In this document: piece after piece, positions 17,008-25,556 of the stretch
Layout of the letters: each line of letters starts with the position of its first letter
Position numbering within the stretch: position 1 is the first letter of the stretch
Position numbers and translations under genes: made by a program
DNA from: Treponemataceae bacterium
Lineage (GTDB): Bacteria > Bacillota > Clostridia > Lachnospirales > Lachnospiraceae
Reading direction: 5' to 3'
DNA length: 64,000 bases
Assembly: GCA_963599255.1 (NCBI GenBank)
Contig: CAVBWS010000002.1
Location: 6,578-70,577 of the forward strand
The notes under the pieces: model-generated
Told to the model about the DNA's origin: nothing
The model's input: the letters and a program-made list of their open reading frames with translations, nothing else
Database searches by the model: none

Positions 17008-17242
17008 TTTCTACCTCCATGAACTGGAGATTTTTACGGCAGATGCCTAAAACTATCTGCTGTTCAATTGGATCCATGTTTGTCTCAATGACATCACAAT
17101 CCCAATTGATGACCATTGCGCAGTCAGGATGATTTAGGTTAAGAATACTGACAAATCCATCCTCACGTTGTAAGAACGCATATCCACACACTATCAGCTT
17201 CGCTTTATCCGCAATACTGTCAACAACATTTTTATTGAGCAT
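17000..17242 (-). CDS. Small hypothetical protein (middle gene of the three-gene cassette)
   Basis: 80 aa from the ATG at 17242 (TGAGGA 7 nt upstream). I recognise no family. It overlaps both neighbours. Confidence 0.45.
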   Translation of the reverse strand: MLNKNVVDSIADKAKLIVCGYAFLQREDGFVSILNLNHPDCAMVINWDCDVIETNMDPIEQQIVLGICRKNLQFMEVENA

Positions 17243-17507
17243 ATTCAATCCTCACATTCTTTATAGGAGCAAGAAATGCGTCCTTGTCCATATATAAATC
17301 ATCTAGCACTGGTTCCAGGTCTATATATTCCTCAATCTCATGTTCTCTCTGGCGGTATTTTGCCATAACTTCGATATACCCCTTATCCCATGTCAGCACC
17401 TTAACATATCGTTCCAAACCGGCGCAGGTGCGGAAGGTGAGTGTTTTACCACCAAAGGAGAATGTCGTGTAATTTTTAAAACTACTCAAAACAGCTGTAT
17501 CTTCCAT
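17232..17507 (-). CDS. Small hypothetical protein (first gene of the three-gene cassette)
   Basis: 91 aa from the ATG at 17507, about 8 nt after AAAGGAG. I recognise no family. Confidence 0.45.
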   Translation of the reverse strand: MEDTAVLSSFKNYTTFSFGGKTLTFRTCAGLERYVKVLTWDKGYIEVMAKYRQREHEIEEYIDLEPVLDDLYMDKDAFLAPIKNVRIEYAQ

Positions 17508-17769
17508 AGTAAGCATCTCCTTTCAAACGATCCTTGCTCAGATGGATACAACAAACCCATCATATTTATATCGTAGGCTAAAACTCGTTTTTGTCAATAC
17601 CCGACCTATTATATATTTAGCAGAATTCTCCGGATCCTCATGTGACATTTTTAACACTCACAACCTATTTTTTACCGATCAGCAAAAAGTAATTGCAGCA
17701 GTGACATGACAATTGATATATTAAAAGTATTTCAGTAAAAAAGTTCAAGTTGTAGGAGATGGGTTTATC

Positions 17770-18365
17770 TTACAGGAGGGCAAAGGCGTGAAGAGATCTG
17801 CATTAAAGAGGATACTTCTTATTATTGGCATACCGCTTGCAGCATTTGCAATAATCAATCTGGCATGGCTGTTCATGATCAAGCTACCGTATGAGCACTA
17901 TTGTGAGCGAAGTGAACAATTCTGCACAAGTAGTAAATTCACTGCGAAGGAAGAGGTCAAAATGTATTATCATACATATTTTGAAGATGAATTAGAATAT
18001 GGATATAAAATATACCAACCACGATATCTGAGTTTTCGAGGGATTTCACTTGCTATAGGAGATAACAGGCACACACGGTCAGCAATAAATGCAGAGACAG
18101 GAGAAGTAACAAACCTGGATGACCCATTGCTAATAATACATATAGGTAGAAATGCATGGGGACAATACCGCTATATTTTGTCCTCGTGGGGCGGTGATGG
18201 TGCAGGATATGCAGCTTACATAAACAGGAACCTTGAAATTGTTTCCGCAGCAAATCAAGAAGCGAATGAAAGGCTTCAAGAACTCATTGATAAAAATTAT
18301 AACCATCTTCTGGAAATCCTGGACTATGCAGCTGAGATGTGGGAATTGCCATGAAAATAATAAAA
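17770..18365 (+). repeat. Copy 2 of the diverged direct duplication
   Basis: See copy 1. The near-identical core is 17844..17945. Confidence 0.8.
17788..18354 (+). CDS. Membrane-anchored protein of unknown function, paralog 2 (translationally coupled to the downstream membrane protein)
   Basis: 188 aa with a GTG start 7 nt after GGAGGG. The architecture matches 16053..16619. Its stop overlaps the next ATG (ATGA). Confidence 0.65.
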   Translation: MKRSALKRILLIIGIPLAAFAIINLAWLFMIKLPYEHYCERSEQFCTSSKFTAKEEVKMYYHTYFEDELEYGYKIYQPRYLSFRGISLAIGDNRHTRSAINAETGEVTNLDDPLLIIHIGRNAWGQYRYILSSWGGDGAGYAAYINRNLEIVSAANQEANERLQELIDKNYNHLLEILDYAAEMWELP

Positions 18366-20327
18366 TGGGTTATAAGTCTGATATTATTTGCCGCATGTCT
18401 GATTCTTACAGCGGAGACATACCAGAATTATCTGAATACATTCAATGATGGAATGTACTATTTTTATGATGATAAACGTATGTCTGCCGAAGAGACAGAA
18501 AAATTCTGCAGATCATTGCAGAAGGCTGCCCAAGAGGAAGATGTGTACGTGTTTACCGTAAGCCGTATCATTACTGCTGCCGATAACTGTACCTGCGAGA
18601 TATTTGCAGCGGAAGGCTGCAAGGAGATACTGGAAGAAGTCTACGGTATCTCAGAAGGTGTTTTTGAAAGTCTTCTGTCCGGGGTTACAACTGTTAAAAT
18701 TTCAGATTTTTCAGAGTGGACAGAGAAATCCAAAACCATTAGAGAGTATCCGAGGTACTTCATCATAGGAACGGAAGAACAGGTCAAAAGCGTGGATGAT
18801 AAACTGCATGCGGAAGAGACAACAATCTCACATATTAAGAGAGATAATCGTGCGAATCTATACATTATTGTTGCAGGCGTCTGGGGTGTCGCATTTTTAT
18901 TCTTGCTGCTGCTTACATGGTTCAGCATCCAGTTTGATAAGAAGAAAAACTTCCTAAAAATCTCGCTAGGATGTTCAACTGCGCAGATCATTACGAGAGC
19001 TATTATTCAAAACATCATAGCATTTTCTGTGGGATTTATTGCCATGTATTTAGTGTTCAGACAGCTGGCATATGTAGGATATGGCATGAGAACACAGCTG
19101 ATTGCCTTTTCTGTCTTTCTTGTTTTAAACTCGATCCTGCATTTCTCACTTCTCAGACCTGACTACAAGGCGATCTTGTATGGCGCCAATCTTAACCAGA
19201 ACCTGCTGGTTAATTGCTATGCCTTGAAAACCATCACATCCTTAGTCGTTATATTTTCCCTGTCAGCTATTTTTGTATTTATATCTCAAAATACAGATTA
19301 TATCTTTTTAGAAGACAAGGTCATGGCAATGAGCTCATATCAATTCCTGGATTTTCAGCAGAGCTCCATAGAATCTGATGACGATGGCAGGGAACATCAG
19401 CAAAACATATTGGAGGCCCTGCAAAGAGATAACAGGATAAAAAATTGCAGTGCAACAGCATTGCGTTTGGTAAAACTCGAAGCAGAAAATGGTGAGGAAA
19501 TCGAGTTTCTGAAGTTTAACCAGAAATGCAGGCAGTTTATTACCATAAGTGGTTTCGAGGATATTATCAATGGAACGGATGTTGATTATTATATCTTTGT
19601 TCCCCGAAATAAACAGAGCCTTATTGATTACGAGAGTCTGGCTTATGATTATATATATAGAAGGAACTCGGTGGCTGACGGCAGTTTTACTGTATCTTTC
19701 CATGTTTATGAAGGAAATGAAAAAATATTCTATTTTGAGCCGCAGGAAGAATACGGCTTCAGCCTGTCAGAGAATCCGTTTATCATCTACTGTGCGCTGA
19801 CGGATGAGGAACTGCAGCAGTCAGGATCGGCCATTGCTAATATAGAACGGAGCATTTTCAACATTTCGTCAGAGACCATGGAAGAATTGCGGGAGACTTA
19901 CGGTTTGGATTATCTTACCGGAACTTCTGTGGGTCAGGTCTGTGAGAGGAGCTATCATATTATAAAGCGTATCATGCTGATGAACTGTGTCCTCAGCCTG
20001 CTTCTTCTGCTTCTGGAATTCTTCGTTATCTCTGTTATTGTACGGCTGGAGTATATGGTGAATGCGAAGCTCCTTACGATTCAGAAGATATTGGGATATT
20101 CCCTGCTGCAGAAACACAATATGACGTTGATTTTGAATTTTGTGACCGTAATCGGCGGGATAGGAATCAACGCACTTTTCTCTGTATTTCATGAGTGGTT
20201 TCCTTGGTGGTATCCGCTTCTGTGCGGTACAGCACTTCTGATTTTTGAAGTGGTACTTATGATTGTGATTATTCAAAGATATGAACAAGTAAACGCTGCA
20301 AAGATTCTTAAAGGAGGCAGCCTATGA
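18351..20327 (+). CDS. Large polytopic membrane protein, bacteriocin-associated (lactococcin-972-type immunity/export) permease-like
   Basis: About 658 aa. It has an N-terminal TM, an extracytoplasmic domain of about 150 aa, a TM cluster, a second soluble domain of about 200 aa and C-terminal TMs. A short ABC ATPase follows with a 4-nt overlap. Confidence 0.65.
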   Translation: MKIIKWVISLILFAACLILTAETYQNYLNTFNDGMYYFYDDKRMSAEETEKFCRSLQKAAQEEDVYVFTVSRIITAADNCTCEIFAAEGCKEILEEVYGISEGVFESLLSGVTTVKISDFSEWTEKSKTIREYPRYFIIGTEEQVKSVDDKLHAEETTISHIKRDNRANLYIIVAGVWGVAFLFLLLLTWFSIQFDKKKNFLKISLGCSTAQIITRAIIQNIIAFSVGFIAMYLVFRQLAYVGYGMRTQLIAFSVFLVLNSILHFSLLRPDYKAILYGANLNQNLLVNCYALKTITSLVVIFSLSAIFVFISQNTDYIFLEDKVMAMSSYQFLDFQQSSIESDDDGREHQQNILEALQRDNRIKNCSATALRLVKLEAENGEEIEFLKFNQKCRQFITISGFEDIINGTDVDYYIFVPRNKQSLIDYESLAYDYIYRRNSVADGSFTVSFHVYEGNEKIFYFEPQEEYGFSLSENPFIIYCALTDEELQQSGSAIANIERSIFNISSETMEELRETYGLDYLTGTSVGQVCERSYHIIKRIMLMNCVLSLLLLLLEFFVISVIVRLEYMVNAKLLTIQKILGYSLLQKHNMTLILNFVTVIGGIGINALFSVFHEWFPWWYPLLCGTALLIFEVVLMIVIIQRYEQVNAAKILKGGSL

Positions 20328-20932
20328 TCGAATTCGTAAATGTATCCAAAGCATTTGGAGACAAGACGCTTCTGAGCAATTTTAATTTAAGTATACCGGA
20401 TGGGGAATTTGTCGTTTTTGCCGGCAAGAGCGGCTGCGGGAAGACTACTCTTCTTAACATGATAGGCGGTCTGGAAAAGCCGGATAGCGGTCAGCTTATT
20501 GTTGACGGCGTCGATTTATATAAGAGAAGAAATAAGACCGATTATTTTACCTACAAGGTGGGGTTCCTATTCCAGAATTTCGCATTAATTGAGGACAGAA
20601 CCGTAGCGCAAAACCTGAATCTGGTACAGAAAAAGGCCCGCTCCGGTATGGAGTTGACAGAGATTCTGGCCACTCTGGGCATTCAGGATAAGCTTAAAGA
20701 AAAAGTATATAAACTGTCCGGTGGTGAGCAGCAGCGTGTGGCATTGGCCCGTCTGATGTTCAAACAATGCGACATTATACTGGCTGACGAACCTACAGGA
20801 TCACTTGATAATGAGAATGCGAAAATGGTCATCGATATCCTGCATAAGATGAATGATATGGGCAAGACAATAATCCTGGTAACCCACAGCGAGGCAATAA
20901 TACGGGCAGAGAAGAACATTATTATGCTGTAA
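20324..20932 (+). CDS. Short (~200 aa) ABC transporter ATP-binding protein of the bacteriocin-export/immunity type
   Basis: Walker A GKSGCGKTT, signature LSGGEQQR, Walker B IILADEPTGSLD. Confidence 0.9.
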   Translation: MIEFVNVSKAFGDKTLLSNFNLSIPDGEFVVFAGKSGCGKTTLLNMIGGLEKPDSGQLIVDGVDLYKRRNKTDYFTYKVGFLFQNFALIEDRTVAQNLNLVQKKARSGMELTEILATLGIQDKLKEKVYKLSGGEQQRVALARLMFKQCDIILADEPTGSLDNENAKMVIDILHKMNDMGKTIILVTHSEAIIRAEKNIIML

Positions 20933-20970
20933 AAATATAAAGTCAATGTCAATTTTCTTGTATCCATCCT

Positions 20971-20991
20971 TATGACACTTTTATGACACTT
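20971..20991. repeat. Tandem 11-bp direct repeat TATGACACTT(T) x2 upstream of the acidic secreted-protein gene
   Basis: TATGACACTT occurs at 20971..20980 and 20982..20991. On the opposite strand this reads GTGTCATAAAAGTGTCATAAGG, an OmpR/PhoB-box-like geometry. An adjacent GTCAATGTCAAT lies at 20942..20953. Confidence 0.4.
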
Positions 20992-21189
20992 TTAACGCAG
21001 TTTTTCGGAGAAGTTTATCTTGAGTCCTTATATAATGACCAGCGTAAGAGATAAACAACACCGAAACAATCAACAAGATGTTCTAAGCACTCTTGCAAAT
21101 GCCCAAAATAAACTTTGAGCAGGAACTGGCAACAAAAGAGATTAAATTAATACACAATCAACTACCAAAGAAAAGTAAGGAGAAAAAAC

Positions 21190-22272
21190 ATGAAAAAGAC
21201 ATTAAAAAAAGCATCAGTAGCAACTCTCGCCGGAATTATGGCGGCAGCAGTACCATTTACAGCAATGGCATCTGAGCCGGCAGCAATTATGCCGGACTCA
21301 TCTGAGCAGACAGAGATCTCAGTTGAGATTACAGACGAAGACGTTGACGCATTCTTAAATGAATTGGCAGCTTTATTCGCTGAAGACACGGAATCAGATT
21401 ACAGCTACGATGATGATTACAATTTCGGAGCTGACGTAACCACATTTGAAGAAGACTTACTGGACATCCTTGATCAGATCGGTACAGAGATCCAGAATGC
21501 ACTCACTGAGGAACAGATTCAGGAGATCAATGATGCATTTGACACGCTCTTAATCGGAGTTACAGATCATGCAGAAGTATTTCTGAACAAATTGATTGAG
21601 ATATTCGGTGAAGTAGACTCAGACATCAGCCTGGACGAGGACGATGCAAGCTTTTTCGAAATGTCACCTGAAGAAGAAGCTGTTTACGGCCAGATGTGCG
21701 ATGTATATGACGCACTCGACATTCTCGAATATTTAAACATTGATACATGGAAGAAGCTGTATCAGAATACTACAGCTGCAGACATCACCGCTGACTTCGA
21801 CGAATCATCATTTATCATCAAATCTAAGAATCTGACAACAGATGAGAAGAACGTTCTCCTTCAGCAGATTGAACAGGAAGATACATACCAGGCACAGCTT
21901 AGTGAATTACAGGATGAACTCTCTGCTATCAATAACACAGACTACTCAGGCGGCATGAGTGACGATGAGCAGGCCGCTTGGAACAAGATCTTAACATTCT
22001 ATAACCGTGCATATGCAGTTCGTCAGGCAAATGCTGACCTGTGGGAAGTAATTGACAACGCACTTAACGAATCTGACGACTACTTCACAGTTATTGAAGA
22101 CCTTGATTCATTCATAAACAGCCTTGATGCTCTTACAAATGAAGAGAAGGTTGATGCAATTGCTGACAATAACTTAATCGAAATCTTCAATGCTCAGGCT
22201 GACTCTCTCCTGGATGAATACTATGACATCTCTGCAGATGAGACAGTTGACAGTTCAGAAGCAGTAGGCTGA
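21190..22272 (+). CDS. Secreted, extremely acidic (D/E-rich) helical protein of unknown function
   Basis: 360 aa with RBS AAGGAGAAA and signal peptide MKKTLKKASVATLAGIMAAAVPFTAMA. I recognise no catalytic motif. Confidence 0.65.
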   Translation: MKKTLKKASVATLAGIMAAAVPFTAMASEPAAIMPDSSEQTEISVEITDEDVDAFLNELAALFAEDTESDYSYDDDYNFGADVTTFEEDLLDILDQIGTEIQNALTEEQIQEINDAFDTLLIGVTDHAEVFLNKLIEIFGEVDSDISLDEDDASFFEMSPEEEAVYGQMCDVYDALDILEYLNIDTWKKLYQNTTAADITADFDESSFIIKSKNLTTDEKNVLLQQIEQEDTYQAQLSELQDELSAINNTDYSGGMSDDEQAAWNKILTFYNRAYAVRQANADLWEVIDNALNESDDYFTVIEDLDSFINSLDALTNEEKVDAIADNNLIEIFNAQADSLLDEYYDISADETVDSSEAVG

Positions 22273-22405
22273 TTGCCGGTCACTGTGTACCAGGTGTACA
22301 AACACCATTGAGATTTTAATTAATCTGCAATTTTAGGTCCTCCGTTAACCTATAAGAACATTGCAATCATATGCCGCTAACCCCGGCACACATTATCCAC
22401 AAAAA

Positions 22406-22452
22406 CGAACTTCCCATTGCCAAGATCTATGGCGGTGGGAAGTTCGCTTTTA
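22406..22452 (+). terminator. Possible terminator of the acidic-protein gene
   Basis: CGAACTTCCCA-(19 nt)-TGGGAAGTTCG followed by CTTTTA. The large loop lowers confidence. Confidence 0.35.
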
Positions 22453-22582
22453 TCGCCTTATTCGGTTCAGGTCGAAAATCCGGGGATTGTTCCATTCTGG
22501 CGAAATTTTTTCTTAAAACCCTGCCTGTTCATATATCGCGGAGCATATGCTGAAACTCTATACATAAGAATATTTGATTCAT

Positions 22583-22783
22583 TCATGACTTTTTTGTCTC
22601 CTTCTTACAGATTTTTTCACTTCGAATATAATATTCCAGAAGGCGCAATACATATTCCGGTGCATGACGGTTTCCAAGTTCCCAGTCCGTCACAGTCCGA
22701 TACGGGATATCAAAACGCTCACAGAATTCCCTACGATTCATTCCGGTTTCTTCTCGTATTGCACGCATTTTATTGTCATCCAT
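22583..22783 (-). CDS. Small XRE-family helix-turn-helix transcriptional regulator
   Basis: 66 aa. IREETGMNRREFCERFDIPYRTVTDWELG is a classic Cro/C1-type HTH. Confidence 0.75.
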   Translation of the reverse strand: MDDNKMRAIREETGMNRREFCERFDIPYRTVTDWELGNRHAPEYVLRLLEYYIRSEKICKKETKKS

Positions 22784-22804
22784 TTATCTTCCTCCGATTT
22801 TTAT

Positions 22805-22855
22805 TACGCATTGCGTATCAATTATATCACCATTCGTAAGAATACGCAACGCGTA
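22805..22855. promoter_or_regulatory. Two TACGC-N3-GCGTA palindromes upstream of the XRE gene (candidate autoregulatory operators)
   Basis: TACGCATTGCGTA at 22805..22817 and TACGCAACGCGTA at 22843..22855. Confidence 0.4.
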
Positions 22856-23138
22856 TAGTAACATTATCAATTTTCTTTTTATGCCGTTATTTTTCCTTCG
22901 TTCGCACATCCAACTCGATGATTTTATTGTTCTCAACTGACTCTTGTGATTCCAAAACCTGTTTCCGGCTCTGTGTGTCCTGATACAAAATTATTTCTAT
23001 GACATTACCGCAAATGGCATCATGTCACAAAATGCTATTATTGATCTGGCTATTGAGCCTTTGCTTGCATTAAAAGAATCCAATCCACCAAACAAATCTG
23101 CACTTACAGAACAGATCAATGCCCTAAAGGCAAGTAAA

Positions 23139-23184
23139 ATAAAAAAAAGAAGCAGACATTGAAAAGATCAAAAATCTGCTTCTT
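23139..23184 (-). terminator. Intrinsic terminator (minus strand) downstream of the rlmD-family gene and the relic
   Basis: AAGAAGCAGA-(18 nt)-TCTGCTTCTT followed on the minus strand by a run of 8 T. Confidence 0.45.
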
Positions 23185-23308
23185 ACCCGAAAAATAGGGC
23201 TAATAATGAAAGATAAAAACGACCATGCAAAAGCAATTCCGTTCTTGCATTGTCGCTGTATCAGTCTGCCAGCCTGCGCTCGTACGAGCTGCTGACATAC
23301 GCCCCCCA

Positions 23309-23491
23309 TCAGATCATCTTGAAGCATTTCAGTGCCTTGGTAATGGCAGCTTCCTTTTCGGGAGGGCATTGAGGCTGTTTGTTGTCCTCGGATTTCGGCT
23401 TGTTATAATTCTCCCGCTCTATAATTCCATATTCCTGCTTCACCTGTGCAATATAGAGACTGCTCACCTTTAAACCGCTATTTTCTCTTCT
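23309..23491 (-). pseudogene. Start-less C-terminal gene relic (..SSLYIAQVKQEYGIIERENYNKPKSEDNKQPQCPPEKEAAITKALKCFKMI*)
   Basis: The open frame is bounded by an upstream stop, with no ATG and only a GTG at 23467. The motif resembles small proteins I associate with Firmicute mobile elements, but I cannot name the family. Confidence 0.3.
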
Positions 23492-23567
23492 TTATAAGTA
23501 TCCCACGAAATACTATTAAGGAAGTTCCGCTCTCGCTGCGCTCGACAGAACGGCTGCTTCTCTAGAC

Positions 23568-24905
23568 TCAAGCTTCGCTATCGCTTGCTTTCGTCAAGAG
23601 ACAGCATGCTTCAACATGAGAGGTATACGGAAACATATCCACAGGCTGGATTTTCTTAACCTTGTATCCCCTGGACGTCAGAAAAGCCAGATCTCTGGCC
23701 TGTGTCTCTGGGTTGCAGGATATGTAAATGATCCTGGACGGCGCCAATTTTATAAGTGAATTTAAGAACTTCTTATCACTTCCGGCTCTCGGCGGATCCA
23801 TAAATACCACATCCGCCCGCTGCCCTGCCGATGCTGTCCTTGCCATATACTCGCCTGCATCGCCGGCATAAAACCGTGCATTTGTCACCTTGTTAAGTTT
23901 GGCATTGGATATGGCATCCCTCACAGCATTCGAGTTAAGTTCAATTCCCGTAAGCTGCAGTTCTCTTTTCTTCTCAGTGGCCACTATATCAGCTCCGGCG
24001 CCGGATATCGTGGATGCCTTTATCGAAACATCTTCTTCAGCAGCATTTGCTGCAAATTTTTCTCGCATAATGCCAACAGCACTCAACCCTATGGTACCTA
24101 TACCGCAGTAGGCATCAATGATGCTCTCGCCGCCTTGCAGCTCGGCCATATTAATTGCTGCCCTGTAGAGTTTCTCCGTCTGTATAGGGTTTATCTGGTA
24201 AAATGCGTCCGGCGATATCCGAAATCTCATGCCGCACAGCACATCTTCAATATACCCGGCTCCGTACAGTATTATATTTTTAGTGCCTAATACCATACTA
24301 TCGCTTCTGTTATTTACGTTAAGAATAATGGTCGTGATCTCAGGATGCTCCTTCAGCAGAGCCTTGACGAAATTGTTCTTAGAAGGGATTATCGCAGATG
24401 CTGCAACAAGCACCACCATAATCTGCCCGGTGTTGAAGCCTTTTCTTATAAGCACGTGACGCAGAAGGCCATAGCGCGTATCTTCATCATATATTTTGAG
24501 CTTAAACGAGCCTGCCAGCCTGCGTATGGTTCTTATGATCTTCTGGCAGTCCCGATCCTCCAGCATGCATTCATCTGTAGGCACAACCCTGTGTGTGCCC
24601 TCCTCGTAGCTGCCTGATATTATGTTTTTCTGTCTGTCAAGGCTCAGCACATGATGAACCTTATTTCTGTAGTATGCAGCTTCCTGCAAATGCAGATTAC
24701 ATCCGGACTTACTCGGCACACAATCTGCTGCTCCCGATGTCCGATTATCATCAACTGTCATTCCTATGATAGGAGATACCTTGCCATATTTTCCCAACAG
24801 TTTAGCCGCAAATGCCTGTTTTTTCTTAAGCTGTTCACAATATTCCACGCCTTGATACCGGCAGCCGCCGCATTTTTTATATGCCTTACATATTTTCATG
24901 TGCAT
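23568..24905 (-). CDS. SAM-dependent RNA (uracil-5-)-methyltransferase, RlmD/RumA family, with an N-terminal Cys cluster
   Basis: KKCGGCRYQG carries Fe-S cluster cysteines. SAM motifs are IDAYCGIGTIG and VVFMDPPRAGS. The catalytic region is YISCNPETQARD. Confidence 0.8.
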   Translation of the reverse strand: MHMKICKAYKKCGGCRYQGVEYCEQLKKKQAFAAKLLGKYGKVSPIIGMTVDDNRTSGAADCVPSKSGCNLHLQEAAYYRNKVHHVLSLDRQKNIISGSYEEGTHRVVPTDECMLEDRDCQKIIRTIRRLAGSFKLKIYDEDTRYGLLRHVLIRKGFNTGQIMVVLVAASAIIPSKNNFVKALLKEHPEITTIILNVNNRSDSMVLGTKNIILYGAGYIEDVLCGMRFRISPDAFYQINPIQTEKLYRAAINMAELQGGESIIDAYCGIGTIGLSAVGIMREKFAANAAEEDVSIKASTISGAGADIVATEKKRELQLTGIELNSNAVRDAISNAKLNKVTNARFYAGDAGEYMARTASAGQRADVVFMDPPRAGSDKKFLNSLIKLAPSRIIYISCNPETQARDLAFLTSRGYKVKKIQPVDMFPYTSHVEACCLLTKASDSEA

Positions 24906-25100
24906 TTCCCTTCAGATGATCACAATAATTTATTTTTATTATAGCATATACAAACCGCCTATTCATCTCATGAATCCTTGTAATCAGCATTTAACAAATG
25001 CTGTCCTCTGTGATATTCTATTTGCAGAAAGGAGATGTGCCATTTTGAAAATGTCGCATAAAACTCTGCGAATCAGACAAGTGTGGCACTAGTACGATCG

Positions 25101-25472
25101 ATGAAAATTATACATACACCGGAGGCTCCTGCAGCTATCGGACCTTACTCACAAGCTTATACAACAGGCAATCTCATTTATACCTCAGGTCAGTTAGGAG
25201 TAAATCCACAGACAGGTGCTTTCGATTCAGAAACTATTGAAGGTCAGACTCAGCAGTCTATCAAAAATATCGAGGCAATTTTGACAGCAGCAGGCACAGA
25301 CCTTACTAAGGTCATCAAGACCACCTGCTTCTTGCAGAACATTTCAGACTTTGCCGCATTCAATGCAGAATACGAAAAATATTTTACAGGCAAGCCAGCC
25401 AGAAGCTGCGTAGAAGTCGCTGCACTCCCTAAAAATGCATTAGTTGAGATTGAAGTTATCGCTGAATTATAG
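25101..25472 (+). CDS. ridA: RidA/YjgF-family reactive enamine/imine deaminase
   Basis: MKIIHTPEAPAAIGPYSQA...ARSCVEVAALPKNALVEIEVIA is the canonical RidA sequence pattern. Confidence 0.85.
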   Translation: MKIIHTPEAPAAIGPYSQAYTTGNLIYTSGQLGVNPQTGAFDSETIEGQTQQSIKNIEAILTAAGTDLTKVIKTTCFLQNISDFAAFNAEYEKYFTGKPARSCVEVAALPKNALVEIEVIAEL

Positions 25473-25492
25473 AACACTCGCCCGAATGTAAG

Positions 25493-25534
25493 AAAAGGTC
25501 CACCGTAATTTGATAAAACTACGGTGGACCTTTT
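25493..25534. terminator. Bidirectional intrinsic terminator between ridA and the HEPN gene
   Basis: AAAAGGTCCACCGTA-(12 nt)-TACGGTGGACCTTTT. Confidence 0.65.
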
Positions 25535-25556
25535 AGCAAGCTACAGATGAGTTAGC

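Noticed and set aside
21093-21275. 60-aa ORF overlapping the leader and start of the acidic secreted-protein gene.
   Set aside because: It has no RBS, a lysine-rich low-complexity translation, and it overlaps a much better supported CDS with an RBS and a signal peptide.
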